64,000 nt of DNA from positions 1 to 64,000 of the forward strand of contig CAWDWO010000020.1 in NCBI GenBank assembly GCA_963806035.1. The letters are read 5' to 3'. Positions within the stretch are counted from its first letter, which is position 1. Every line of letters begins with the position of its first letter. Of this stretch, positions 32,048 to 42,651 are shown piece by piece. The position numbers and the translations under genes are program-made. The stretch comes from Candidatus Krumholzibacteriota bacterium. Its GTDB lineage: Bacteria > Krumholzibacteriota > Krumholzibacteriia > JAJRXK01. Below the pieces are notes generated by a model that searched no databases, had not been told where the DNA came from, and saw nothing but the letters and a program-made list of their open reading frames with translations.

Positions 32048-32145
32048 GGGCTCATGGTGGGACAAGCGCGCGGTTTGGTCACGCTCGAATCCACTGGGCC
32101 AGTCCGTCATGGCCCTGCCCATCAACTGCCGCTATGTTCCTTGCC

Positions 32146-34917
32146 ATGAGTACCTCCATCGCGCCGAAGATCAGCAAGATCGTCCTCGCCAACGGTCTGC
32201 ACATTTTCGTGCTTCCTCGAGAGTTCAGCTCGACTTTCGCCGGCTACTACCACTTCGACGTGGGAAGCGCGCACGATCCGCTCGGGCGCTCGGGGATCGC
32301 GCACCTGCTGGAACACATGATGTTCAAGGGTACCAAGCGCATCGGTACGACCCGGGCCAATGAATACAGTGAATTGGTGACCCGAGCTGGGGGACACGGC
32401 ATGAACGCCACCACCAGCTACGACATGACGCGCTATTACGTTCAGCTTCCCTCGCACCAACTCGAGATGTGGTTTTCGCTGGAGGCGCAGAGGCTCAAAG
32501 AGCCGGTCTTCCGTGAATTCGAACCCGAACGCGAGGTGGTGCTGGAGGAACGGCGTCTGAGAGTCGAGAACCAGGCTGAGGGAGTGGCCTACGAGCGGCA
32601 CCGGAGACTGCTCTACCCGGATCATCCCTACGGAGTGCCCGTGATCGGCTGGCCGGAGGACATCCGCGCCCTGAAGCGCAGTGACGCGCAGGAGTACTTC
32701 CACACCTGGTACTCGCCCTCCAACTGCACCATGGTCCTGGTCGGGGATCTCAACCCCGGGCAGGTAGAGACCCTGGCTGATAAATATCTCGGCGCGTGGG
32801 AAACCCAGGATCTCCCCGAGCGCCCGCCGCGGCCGGTCAAGAGCATCGATTCCGTCCGGCGGGACAAGGTAGAGTTCGACGCCCTCGGCCACCTTCGCAT
32901 GGCCTGGATCACCGTTCCGGAAAAGCACCCCGATCACGACAAGCTCTCGCTCCTCTCCGCCGTCCTGGGCGAACTCAACTCCTCGCGTCTCACGCGCCGC
33001 CTGGTCCACGAGCGCGAAATCGCGGCCGCGGTGATCTCCTTCGCCTACGGGCAACACGAGAGTGGGAGCTTCAACATCATCGCCCGCCCCACCTCGAAGA
33101 GTTCTTTGAGCGAGCTCGAGTCGGAAATTCTGCAGGTGGTTCACGAACTGGGCGAAAACGGGGTCGAACAGGAAGAACTCGATCGGGCGCGTATCTACCT
33201 CGAAGCCAATCGCACGCAGAGACTCTATTCCAAGCTGTCCCTGGCGATGGACATCGGGGCCGAGGTTGCCCTCTCTGAAGATCCCGCGCGCCTGGACACC
33301 TACGAAGAGCGCCTGGCCGCGATCACCCCCGAGCAGGTGAACGAACTCGCGCGGCGATGGCTCGCTCCCGAGCAACGTTGCGTGGTCGAACTCGAACGCG
33401 CCGCGGGGGCGGGCGCCGGCAATGGCCAGGGACTCGCGGCCGAGGCCGGCGAGAGCAGCGAACACCGGCGCCAGGTGGAGCCGAGCCGGCGCGGAGCCGA
33501 ACACTCGGAGGGCTTCGTGGAGATGCTCGCGCTCATCGATAGCGCACCGCGGGCGCAATTCCACGTGCCAGCCGTGGGAAGTGACGTCCGCCGCGAGGAA
33601 ATCTCAGCCGGTCCCACGCTCTTTCTCAAGGAGGATCACGACCTTCCCGGAGTCAGATTCAACCTCCACTTCAAGGGAGGCAGCAATTCGGCTCCGCTGG
33701 AAATTCTCAGCGCCTACGCACTGGCGGGCGCCCTGTGGCAGGAAGGGGGAGCGGGTGAACTGGACCCGAATGCCCTCGAGCGCGCCAAGGAAGATCTGGG
33801 CATCACCATGAGCATGCGCCCTGGCCCCACCGGCTGGCAGCTTTCGCTGTGGACTCTCTCGCGCAATCTGGATCCCGCCCTGAAACTGCTGCGCGCGATG
33901 CTGCGCGAACCGCGGCTCGATTCCACCCGACTGGGCATTCTCGCCACCAAGCAGATCGAGCTCATGCGACGGCGAGCGGACTACCCGGCCTGGGCCATCG
34001 GTTTCTTGGGACAAAAAGTCCTGTACGGCGACCATCCCCGGCTGGGCTACCAGCCGACGCGGCAGGAAATCGAGAGCTTGCGGCCCACGGACATCGCCCA
34101 GGTTCTCGCGCGCCAGTTGGGTCCGGCGAATTGTTACCTGACCGCGGTGGGCGACTTTCGCTCCGAAACGCTCATCACGGCCCTCGATGAGAGCTTCCGC
34201 GGCTGGCCCGCGGCATCGGATCCCGAGAGAGTGTGGCTGCAACGCGAGCCCTCGCTGAATCCTGGAGTCCACATCCTGGCCAAAGAACTGGCCCAACCGG
34301 CGGTGCGCTTCCTCGCGGAAATCGCCGTCGATCGGCGGATCGCCAACGAGGAGCACGCGGCGCTGGAAATTCTGAATCGCATCCTCGGCGGCAGTGGCTT
34401 CCGCTCGCGGCTCATGGAGAGACTCCGCAGCGACGAAGGACTCACCTACGGCGTCTCCTCTTCCATCGCCCACGACTATCGCCCCGGCGTGCCGGGCCTG
34501 TGGGCCATCTCCTTCCAAACCCGTAAAGATGCGGTGGCGCGCGCGGTGGCCATCGTGGAGGAGGAATGCCGCCGCCTGCGCGAGGAGCTACCCGCACCCG
34601 ATGAGGTGCTCGAGCAAATCCAGGCCTGGCAGAACAGCTTCCTCTTCCGTTTCGAAAACGAAGCGCAGGCGGTGACCCGGCTCATGAACCACGAGTTGGA
34701 TGACCGCCCTTACGAGAGGGACCTGGAAGTCCTCGCGCAGATCGAGCGCGTGACTCGCGAGCAGATCCGCGAGGCGGCGCGGCGCTGGCTTCAACCCGAG
34801 AATTTTTCCATCACCATCTTCGGCACCCCGAGCGAGGAAGAGCGGAAAGCTCTGCAAGCGAGCCATTCGTTGAAGGACTGGCAGCACGAAGAGGTGTTGG
34901 GGGGCGGTTACGACTGA
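32146..34917 (+). CDS. M16-family zinc peptidase (two-module, PqqL-like)
   Basis: GIAHLLEHMMFKGT (HxxEH), NATTS.D.T.Y, EREVVLEE, second module LRSDEGLTY. Confidence 0.92.
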   Translation: MSTSIAPKISKIVLANGLHIFVLPREFSSTFAGYYHFDVGSAHDPLGRSGIAHLLEHMMFKGTKRIGTTRANEYSELVTRAGGHGMNATTSYDMTRYYVQLPSHQLEMWFSLEAQRLKEPVFREFEPEREVVLEERRLRVENQAEGVAYERHRRLLYPDHPYGVPVIGWPEDIRALKRSDAQEYFHTWYSPSNCTMVLVGDLNPGQVETLADKYLGAWETQDLPERPPRPVKSIDSVRRDKVEFDALGHLRMAWITVPEKHPDHDKLSLLSAVLGELNSSRLTRRLVHEREIAAAVISFAYGQHESGSFNIIARPTSKSSLSELESEILQVVHELGENGVEQEELDRARIYLEANRTQRLYSKLSLAMDIGAEVALSEDPARLDTYEERLAAITPEQVNELARRWLAPEQRCVVELERAAGAGAGNGQGLAAEAGESSEHRRQVEPSRRGAEHSEGFVEMLALIDSAPRAQFHVPAVGSDVRREEISAGPTLFLKEDHDLPGVRFNLHFKGGSNSAPLEILSAYALAGALWQEGGAGELDPNALERAKEDLGITMSMRPGPTGWQLSLWTLSRNLDPALKLLRAMLREPRLDSTRLGILATKQIELMRRRADYPAWAIGFLGQKVLYGDHPRLGYQPTRQEIESLRPTDIAQVLARQLGPANCYLTAVGDFRSETLITALDESFRGWPAASDPERVWLQREPSLNPGVHILAKELAQPAVRFLAEIAVDRRIANEEHAALEILNRILGGSGFRSRLMERLRSDEGLTYGVSSSIAHDYRPGVPGLWAISFQTRKDAVARAVAIVEEECRRLREELPAPDEVLEQIQAWQNSFLFRFENEAQAVTRLMNHELDDRPYERDLEVLAQIERVTREQIREAARRWLQPENFSITIFGTPSEEERKALQASHSLKDWQHEEVLGGGYD

Positions 34918-35008
34918 GGGCGCTTGGGGCGCTGCGAGCGGAGCGGCAGGACTTCAAAAGATGGGTCGCCGCCGCCCCTTTTCCAAAGCAAATCTGATCC
35001 CGCGCTCC

Positions 35009-35051
35009 GACCGAATGTCAGTCCGATTCTCCTCCTTCTTGACAGAATGTC
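35009..35051. promoter_or_regulatory. Pair of GACA-N3-TGTC palindromic sites upstream of the sigma factor
   Basis: GACC-GAA-TGTC (35009-35019) and GACA-GAA-TGTC (35041-35051); the same motif occurs at 53127, 53152 and 54731. Confidence 0.6.
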
Positions 35052-35148
35052 CGACTGCGTGGATTTGGATTTGATTTTGGATTCAGAGCCAGTGATTTAA
35101 CTGATTCTATCACAATGACTTAAAATCTATGGCTCCCAGCTCGATTCT

Positions 35149-35164
35149 CGGCGCGAGACTTGAT
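35149..35164 (+). promoter_or_regulatory. Candidate sigma54 -24/-12 promoter
   Basis: CGGCGCGAGACTTGAT = GG-N10-GA with TTG at -14..-12; preceded by an AT-rich tract with an IHF-like CAAnnnnTTA (~35113-35122). Confidence 0.4.
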
Positions 35165-35250
35165 GATGGATCCAGGTGCAACCGCGGGATTCTCCCCCAC
35201 CGCAAGGCCTGTCCCCACGGGACCGCGGTTATTCAGCGAGAGGAAGTACA

Positions 35251-36117
35251 GTGAGAAGCGCTGCCGCCACCGTCGAGAATCGGACGAATCTGGACATCTA
35301 CTTCAGCGAGGTCCATCACTACACCCCCCTCAGCCGCGACCAGGAAGTCGAGCTGGGCCGCGCCATCCGAGGGGGCGACGAAGATGCCCTGCAGAAGCTG
35401 GTCAACGCGAACCTGCGATTCGTGGTGTCCATCGCCAAGCAGTTCGCCCGCTACGGCGTTCCCCTGGAAGATCTCATCAACGAGGGAAACCTGGGTCTGA
35501 TCGAGGCCGCCAAGCGTTTCGACGAGCGCAGGGGATACAAGTTCATCTCTTATGCGGTGTGGTGGATTCGGCAGTCGATCATGATCGCTCTCGCGCAACA
35601 GTCCAAGGCAGTGCGGATGCCGTTGAACCGCGCGCGCGCGCTGCATCGTCTGCGCAAAGCGAACACTCGTTTGGAGCAGAAGCTCGAGCGCACGCCTGGC
35701 GCGGACGATCTGGCGAAGGAACTGGGCATCACCGAAGAGGAAGTGCGAGATACTCTTCCCCTGATGCACGAAGCGGTCTTTCTCGACGACACGGTCAGCG
35801 AGGGAAGCACCACCACCTACATCGACCTTCTGGCGGGCGAGGACGAACCGTCCCCGGATCTTCCAATCCTCGAAGACGAGCTACGCCGCGGTGTTTCACA
35901 GGCCCTGAAGCACCTGCGCAGCCGCGAAGCCGAGGTCCTGAGGCTCTACTTTGGCCTTGAAGGCTGCAACCAGATGACCCTGGAAGAGATCGGCAAGAGG
36001 ATGAGCCTCACCCGTGAGCGCATCCGCCAGATCAAAGAAGAGGCTCTGGAGAAGATGCGTTCGCGTCGCAGCTTCAAGTTCCTCACGGACTATCGGGAGA
36101 TGGCAACGCTGCACTGA
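35251..36117 (+). CDS. RNA polymerase sigma-70 factor (RpoD/RpoS family, no region 1.1)
   Basis: LVNANLRFVVSIAK, DLINEGNLGL, YKFISYAVWWIRQ, TLEEIG..TRERIRQI; GTG 35251 with RBS GAGGA. Confidence 0.93.
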   Translation: MRSAAATVENRTNLDIYFSEVHHYTPLSRDQEVELGRAIRGGDEDALQKLVNANLRFVVSIAKQFARYGVPLEDLINEGNLGLIEAAKRFDERRGYKFISYAVWWIRQSIMIALAQQSKAVRMPLNRARALHRLRKANTRLEQKLERTPGADDLAKELGITEEEVRDTLPLMHEAVFLDDTVSEGSTTTYIDLLAGEDEPSPDLPILEDELRRGVSQALKHLRSREAEVLRLYFGLEGCNQMTLEEIGKRMSLTRERIRQIKEEALEKMRSRRSFKFLTDYREMATLH

Positions 36118-36163
36118 GTCGCTCCGAGGCCAAGGGCCTCCTGGGCCCACTAGATCCCGGCGA

Positions 36164-36200
36164 GCGGGCTGTCTTTCTTGGACAGCCCGCCTTGCTTTTG
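36164..36200 (+). terminator. Intrinsic terminator after the sigma gene
   Basis: GCGGGCTGTC-N7-GACAGCCCGC perfect 10-bp stem followed by CTTGCTTTT. Confidence 0.6.
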
Positions 36201-36262
36201 TGCCCTCGGGAAAACATCGTTCAGAGCGTAACGGGGGGATGTCTTTCTCGGCGGGAGCTGCC

Positions 36263-38173
36263 ATGAACAAGGCCCAAGAACTGTACCGAAGCAAATTGAC
36301 CACGGCTGACGAAGCACTGAGTCAGGTGAAGTCCGGCTCGCGCGTTCTCGTCGGTTCCGGCTGTGCCGAGCCGCAGGCTTTGGTTGGCGCACTGTGCCGC
36401 CAGGCCGATCGACTTCACGATGTCGAAGTCGTCCACTTGCTCACCTTGGGATCGGCCGATTACGTCAACCCTGATTACACCGGGCACTTCCGGCACAACG
36501 CCTATTTCATCGGCGGCAACGTGCGCAAGGCGGTGTGGGAAGGTCGCGCCGACTACACCCCGATTTTCTTGCACGAGATTCCCGAGTTGATGCGCAGCGG
36601 ACAGCGGCCGACGGACGTGGCGCTTCTGCAAGTAACTCCGCCCGATCGTCACGGATACTGCAGTCTGGGAATTCACGTCGACATTCAGATGGCGGCCGTC
36701 GAGACGGCCAAAATCCTCATCGCCGAAGTAAACCCCAACATGCCGCGCACTCTTGGGGACAGCATCATTCACATTTCGCGTTTCGACTCGCTGGTGGAAG
36801 TGGATACGCCCCTCCTGGAGCTGCCCCTGCAGGAACCCAACGAGGTTTCGATTCGGATCGGCGGGAACATCGCTGACCTCATCGACCACGGCAGCACGCT
36901 GCAACTCGGGATTGGAAACATCCCCAACGCCGTCCTCAAGTTCATGACGGAGAAACGCCACTTGGGGATTCACACCGAGATGATCAGCGACGCCTGCATT
37001 TCTCTCATCGAAAACGGGAACATCGACAACACGCGCAAGACGATCCATCGTGGGAAGACGGTGGTGAGTTTCGTCATGGGCTCGCGCAAGCTCTACGATC
37101 TCGTCGATGACAATCCGAGCATCGAGTTCTATCCGAGCGACTATGCGAACGACCCCAGAGTCATCGCGCGCAACGACAAGATGGTGGCGATCAATTCCGC
37201 GGTGCAGGTCGATCTCACCGGGCAAGTGTGCAGCGACTCCATCGGCTACAAGTTCTACAGCGGAATTGGCGGTCAAGTCGATTTCATTCGCGGAGCCGCG
37301 ATGAGCAAGGGAGGCAAGCCGATCATCGCGCTTCCCTCCACCGCCAAGGACGACACGGTCAGCCGCATCTCGCCCTTCCTGGATGAGGGCGCCGGCGTGG
37401 TCACGAGCCGCGGCGACGTGCACTACGTGGTGACGGAATATGGCGTGGCCTACTTGCACGGCAAGACGATTCGTGAGCGCGCCCTGGCCCTCATCAACAT
37501 CGCCCATCCCAACTTCCGTGAAGACCTGCTCGACTTCGTCCGCAGTAAGCATTACGTGCAAGCCGACGAAGAAGTCTGGCGTCAGATCATGAATCCCTTT
37601 CCTGTCGACTGGGTGGAAAACCGGACATTCGGCGATTCCATGTGTATGGTGCGTCCCATCCGTGCTGACGACGAACGTAAACTCCAGGAATTCTTCTACA
37701 GCCACGAACCCGAAACGATCTACCAACGCTACTTTCACGCGAAGAGCCAACTCGGACACCAGGAAGCCGCCATGGCCTGTTCGGTCGACTACAAGAACCG
37801 CATGGCTTTCGGAGTCTTTGAACGCGCCGATCGTGAGGCCGAGCGTATCGTGGGCATCGGCCGCTACGAACTCAACAACCGCACCAACATCGCGGACACG
37901 GCCTTCGTGGTGCACGAGGACTTCCGGGGACTGGGCATCGGAAGCCACCTCCTGGAGAAGATCATCGACTACGCCAAGTCCCAGGGGATCGCGGGAATTC
38001 GCAGCGAGTTCCTTCCCACCAACAAGGACGCCAAGGAAATCCACGAGCGCATGGGGCACACCCTGGAATGGGACGAGGAAGACCAGATCTACCGTGTGTT
38101 TACGCGCTTCGAGCGGCCCAAGCGCCCCCGGCGCGGACGTGGACCCACCCACGAAGTCGAACCCCACGCCTAG
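36263..38173 (+). CDS. Acetyl-CoA hydrolase/4-hydroxybutyrate CoA-transferase family protein fused to a C-terminal GNAT domain
   Basis: LQLGIG, HTE catalytic Glu, SGIGGQVDF, VVTEYG; C-terminal VRPIR..D, VGIGRY, FRGLGIG. Confidence 0.9.
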   Translation: MNKAQELYRSKLTTADEALSQVKSGSRVLVGSGCAEPQALVGALCRQADRLHDVEVVHLLTLGSADYVNPDYTGHFRHNAYFIGGNVRKAVWEGRADYTPIFLHEIPELMRSGQRPTDVALLQVTPPDRHGYCSLGIHVDIQMAAVETAKILIAEVNPNMPRTLGDSIIHISRFDSLVEVDTPLLELPLQEPNEVSIRIGGNIADLIDHGSTLQLGIGNIPNAVLKFMTEKRHLGIHTEMISDACISLIENGNIDNTRKTIHRGKTVVSFVMGSRKLYDLVDDNPSIEFYPSDYANDPRVIARNDKMVAINSAVQVDLTGQVCSDSIGYKFYSGIGGQVDFIRGAAMSKGGKPIIALPSTAKDDTVSRISPFLDEGAGVVTSRGDVHYVVTEYGVAYLHGKTIRERALALINIAHPNFREDLLDFVRSKHYVQADEEVWRQIMNPFPVDWVENRTFGDSMCMVRPIRADDERKLQEFFYSHEPETIYQRYFHAKSQLGHQEAAMACSVDYKNRMAFGVFERADREAERIVGIGRYELNNRTNIADTAFVVHEDFRGLGIGSHLLEKIIDYAKSQGIAGIRSEFLPTNKDAKEIHERMGHTLEWDEEDQIYRVFTRFERPKRPRRGRGPTHEVEPHA

Positions 38174-38258
38174 CGCGGGCTTGCCGGATCGCACGGGGCA
38201 CGGCACACTGTCGTCTTCACCCTGAGAGTGGAGACTTCAGCCGACGGATGCCCCCAGA

Positions 38259-39317
38259 ATGACCGAGCGCTTCACAACCCGCGCCCTCGAGCCGGCTGAG
38301 TATCCCGACTGGGAGAAATTCGTCGCGGAATCTCCCGACGGCAGCATCTACTCGCTGCCCTCCTACCTCGAGGTCCTCTGCGCGGCAACCGGTGCCCGTT
38401 ATCGAATTCTGGCCGTTTTTCGCGATGGCGTGATCGTGGGGGGCGTGGCTCTCTACGTGAGCTCGAGTCCGGTGGGAAACTACGTGGCTCCACGCTTTTT
38501 ACTCTACTACAACGGCCTGGTCCTGGCGCGCTCCAGCTCGAAGTATCCTTCCCAGCGCACTTCTTTGAGTCTTCACATCATGGACGCCCTCGAATCCGCG
38601 CTTCAGAAGGAAGGCTACGCTCATCTGCGTCTCCACTCGCGCGCGACGATCAGCGATGTCCGGCCCTTTCTCGCGAAGGGCTGGTCCGCCCGGCCCTCGT
38701 TCAGCTACGTGGTCGATCTGAGTGACATCGAGTCGGCCAGAAACCGGGTCGAGAGAAATTTCCGCCGTCTCATCAAACGCTGTGAACAGGACGGTATCGT
38801 GATGAGTCAAGACGACGACTTCGAGTCGTTCTTCGCTCTGCACGATGAAATTCACCGCCGCAAGGGCGTGCCGCTCTACCTTCGCAAGCCGCGCTACCGC
38901 GAGTACTACCTGAAGCTGCGCGAGCGATCGCTCTGCAAACTCTTCCATGCCCGACTTCCACAGGGCCAGTCCATCGCCAGCCAGCTCGTACTCTTGGGTC
39001 CCCATCCCATCAGCCACACCGTCTGCGCCGGCGCGGCGGAGGAGTACCTGAAGACCGGCGCCTCCGTCTTCCTGCGCTGGAAAGCCTGCGAGGCTCTCGC
39101 GGCCGACGGTTATGAGGGAAACGATCTCACCGATGCCGAGCTGAATCCCGTGACCCGCTTCAAGAGCCAGTTGGGCGCCGAGCTGAAGCTCTCCTTCATG
39201 CTTCACCGTCAGGATGCGGTGGGCTGGCGTGTGCGCAACGCGGCGCTGCGCCCCTTCAACTTTTCCCGCCGCGCGTTGCGCGCGGTGCAACGCCGTATCG
39301 CGTCGAGGGGAGCCTGA
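38259..39317 (+). CDS. GNAT-fold FemAB-like protein
   Basis: WEKFVAESPDGSIY, YVVDLS, NFRRLIKR, two-lobe FemAB-like layout, FKSQLGA. Confidence 0.7.
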   Translation: MTERFTTRALEPAEYPDWEKFVAESPDGSIYSLPSYLEVLCAATGARYRILAVFRDGVIVGGVALYVSSSPVGNYVAPRFLLYYNGLVLARSSSKYPSQRTSLSLHIMDALESALQKEGYAHLRLHSRATISDVRPFLAKGWSARPSFSYVVDLSDIESARNRVERNFRRLIKRCEQDGIVMSQDDDFESFFALHDEIHRRKGVPLYLRKPRYREYYLKLRERSLCKLFHARLPQGQSIASQLVLLGPHPISHTVCAGAAEEYLKTGASVFLRWKACEALAADGYEGNDLTDAELNPVTRFKSQLGAELKLSFMLHRQDAVGWRVRNAALRPFNFSRRALRAVQRRIASRGA

Positions 39318-39318
39318 G

Positions 39319-41052
39319 GTGTTCGCCAACCGCAGCGATTCGGATCTTCCCGCCGCGGAGATCTTCTGCCGCACCCTCCTTCGACTCGGGGTAGACGTCA
39401 TCTTTGGACTGCCCGGGACGCAGAACGAGGCACTTTTCGAGGCTCTGGGCCGCTTGGGACCCCGGGTCGTCGTGCCGACCCACGAGCTCGCCGCCTCTTT
39501 CGCGGTCAACGGATACGCTCGAAGCAGCGGCCGGCCTGGCGTCCTTCTCACCATCTCGGGACCCGGTTTCACCTACGCCCTCAGTGGCATCGCCGAAGCG
39601 GCTCTCGATTCTGCGGCAGTGCTGCACGTGGTGGTCTCCCGCAGTACACAAAAGGATCGGAAGTTTCAACTGCAGGACATCGATCAGAAGGCGATCGCGG
39701 CTCCCCTGGTGAAGAGAGTCTTCTGCGTGAACAAAGCAGAAGAGCTGCGTTCCACTCTGGAAACGGCGTACGCGTGCGCGCGTGAAGACGAGCCCGGGCC
39801 GGTCCTTCTGGAAATCGAGTCGGAAGCTCTGAAGAAGGAGCTCTCGTGGCAGGATTCCCCGCGAGAGAGCGGAGCAGCCGCGGCGCAGGAGGAGTTCTCC
39901 GAGGAACTGCGCGCTGCCGTCGCCCGGCTCAAGGAGAGCAAGAAAACGCTGCTGCTTTTGGGCCAGGGCGCGGCGGGAGCCAGCGAGGAAGCCAGACGGC
40001 TGGCCGAGGGTCTGCGGGCCGCGGTTCTCAGCACGAGTTCAGGACGTGGAATCCTCCCCGAAGATCATCCCCTTTCCCTGGGATTCGAGTTCTCCGGCAC
40101 GCGCGCGCAGGCACGCAACGCTCTGCTGGAGCGAGCCGATCTCGTTCTGGCCGTCGGGTGCAAGTTCTCCCACAATTCCAGCCACGGGTTCAAACTGGAG
40201 ATTCCTCCGCAGAAACTGATTCAGGTCGATCGCTCCCGGGAAGTTCTGCAAGGAAATTACCCGGCCAGCCTCAGCGTGCGCGCGGACGCTCGCGGGTTTC
40301 TTTCCGCGATCCTGCGCGAGAGCGAGGAGCTCTTCAGCGGAGGGCGCGGCTGGTCGAGTCAAGAGCTCGTGGATTGGCGCAAACGAGGTCTTCAGTCATC
40401 GTGGCTCGAACTCCCCGAGCCCTCGATGCTGGGGAAGGGACCCGAAAATTTCTTCACCGCGCTGCGCAACGTGATTCCGCGCGACGGCCTCCTCGTCACC
40501 GACTCGGGACTTCACCAACTTCTGGCGCGCCGCTATTACAAGGTGTTCTGTCCGCACGGCCTATTGTTACCCACCGATTTTCAATCGATGGGTTTCGCTC
40601 TGCCTGCCGCGCTGGGCGTCAAGATCGCTCACCCCGAGCGGACCGTGGGCGTCATCGTCGGAGACGGCGGCATGGCCATGAGCGGACTCGAGCTTCTTAG
40701 CGCCGTCAAGACGAAGCAACAATTCTGCGTCCTGGTGATCAACGATGGGTCGTACGGGCTCATCCGCCGCAGTCTCGAATCGGCGCACGGCAACGCGTAC
40801 GGCACGGAACTGGTGAATCCCAATTTCGAGGATCTTGCCCGGGCCACCCACGCCAACTACCTGCTCTTGAACCGCAATGCGCAGGCGGGGCTTCGCCGCG
40901 CTTTCCAGCTGCCCGGCGTCACCCTGGTGGAGGTCCCGGTCACCGATTCCAGGGAGATGATTCTGGCCAAGGCCAAAGGCATGGTGAAGCGAACCGCGGG
41001 GCCGCGCGTCCTGAAGAAGCTCAAGGGGCTGCTCGGCCGCAAGGAGGGCTAG
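39319..41052 (+). CDS. Thiamine-diphosphate-dependent enzyme (acetolactate-synthase-like)
   Basis: IFGLPG, HE..A...GYAR, GPG, PGPV, SMGFALPAALG, GDGG...N ThDP motif. Confidence 0.85.
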   Translation: MFANRSDSDLPAAEIFCRTLLRLGVDVIFGLPGTQNEALFEALGRLGPRVVVPTHELAASFAVNGYARSSGRPGVLLTISGPGFTYALSGIAEAALDSAAVLHVVVSRSTQKDRKFQLQDIDQKAIAAPLVKRVFCVNKAEELRSTLETAYACAREDEPGPVLLEIESEALKKELSWQDSPRESGAAAAQEEFSEELRAAVARLKESKKTLLLLGQGAAGASEEARRLAEGLRAAVLSTSSGRGILPEDHPLSLGFEFSGTRAQARNALLERADLVLAVGCKFSHNSSHGFKLEIPPQKLIQVDRSREVLQGNYPASLSVRADARGFLSAILRESEELFSGGRGWSSQELVDWRKRGLQSSWLELPEPSMLGKGPENFFTALRNVIPRDGLLVTDSGLHQLLARRYYKVFCPHGLLLPTDFQSMGFALPAALGVKIAHPERTVGVIVGDGGMAMSGLELLSAVKTKQQFCVLVINDGSYGLIRRSLESAHGNAYGTELVNPNFEDLARATHANYLLLNRNAQAGLRRAFQLPGVTLVEVPVTDSREMILAKAKGMVKRTAGPRVLKKLKGLLGRKEG

Positions 41053-42651
41053 CTGCTTCTCTGCCGGGCCTCGATTTGTCGAATCTTCAAATAGAGCATC
41101 AGCGCCAGGAACACCATCACCGCAATCGAAAACAAAAGCCCCTTGCGGCGGAATCGAAACTCCTTTTGCGACTTGGCGATGCTTGCATCTCCGGTTTCGA
41201 TCGCCTTCAGGCCGACATCCGCGACCTCGTCGAAATCGCTGCGATCGAAGGCGTGCACGGCGGAGCGGGATTGACGCAGGGCGTCGTTCAGCTCGGACAG
41301 AGATACGGCCAGCGCATCGACATCCAGCCCCTTCGCGGCGAGAGTATGTGTCTCCTGTTCGAAGTTCGTCTGGGCCGCTTCCATGGTGGTGATTCTCTCG
41401 CGGAAGTGAGCCGCGGTGTCATTGCACTTTGGGTTGTCCGGAGCGTATTTCGCGTGGCAATCGAAACAGAGATGACCCGGTTCGGTCACAAGCATCGAGT
41501 CACTCGGCTTGGAGATGTCGTGGGTTCCGTGACATTTCGCGCACTCTGGCCAGCCGTGCGCGCTGAACACTTGCTTGTGTTTGCTGCCATCGAAGAGCTT
41601 GCCGTTGCCGCTGTGACAGGTCCGGCAGACCTCGCTTACCGAGGAGATCTGCGGGGGCATCGCGGCGTGGTTTCCGTGGCAGTCGTTGCACGCCGGGGCG
41701 CCCTGGTCGCCGTCCACCAGTAGTGCCTGACCGTGCACGCTCTTGCGGTACTGCTCGAGCTGAGTGGTGGGCAACGGGCTTCCGTCCTCGGTCTTGTAAC
41801 CCGCCATGTACTCAGCGTCGGCGTGGCACTTGCCGCAGGTGGCCGGAATGTTGGACTTGAAAGTGCTGGAACGACGGCTGTCCGAGCCCTGGATTCCGTG
41901 TACTCCATGACAGCTCACGCACTGCGCTGCCTTGGAATCCTTCTGGCCCAACAAGAGCTGGCCATGTTTGCTTTCGCGGTACTTGGCCAACTGGTCGGTG
42001 GGCAAGGAGGGGTTGAATCCGCGCATGAAAGCAGGATCGGAATGGCAGCGCCCACAGAACTCGGGAATCCAGGTGCGATCGCGGTGCCGTTGTTCACTGT
42101 CCGGCCAGCGCTCGTAGATATCGTCGGACATTTCTGTCTGGTCCGGGTGTCCGCCGTGACAGCCCGAGCACGAGAGTCCCTGCCGAAAATGCACGTCCGC
42201 CAGAAAATTCTGCAGGATGAGTGTGGTGCTGCCACTGCCGTCGTCCCGAATGTGCCACAGAGTCGTATCATCCTGCATGTCCTTGTCGGTATGACACAGA
42301 ATGCAGTTGTCCTTCAGAACCAGTTCCATCTTGTCGGGCGAGAGCTTCAAGGAGAGCAAGTCGCTGGCGTGGGCGGCCGAGGAAATGAGCCCCGCCTCCA
42401 CCGCTTTGCTGAAGAGTTCGCGCGCATGATCCGGAAGCTGGGCGTAGTACTCCTGAAGATCCGCCGCGACCACCGGTTTGCCGGCTTCGTTTTCCTCGAA
42501 GAGTTGTCTCACGCCCTGCGAGAGCTGGGACGCTCTCACTGGCGCCGCTGTCTTGCGCGAGGGCAGGTGCCGCCAAAATCCACGCCGGCGCCGCTGCCAA
42601 GAGTAAAAGGAGAAGGCAGAGTCTCGCCGGGAACGTGATTCTCGAATTCAT
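41049..42651 (-). CDS. Membrane-anchored nonaheme cytochrome c; frameshift near 42527-42540 separates the signal peptide
   Basis: Nine CxxCH (CILCH, CSGCH, CGRCH, CVSCH, CGKCH, CNDCH, CRTCH, CAKCH, CFDCH); C-terminal TM helix; signal peptide MNSRITFPARLCLLLL from ATG 42651 overlapping the cyt b stop. Confidence 0.85.
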
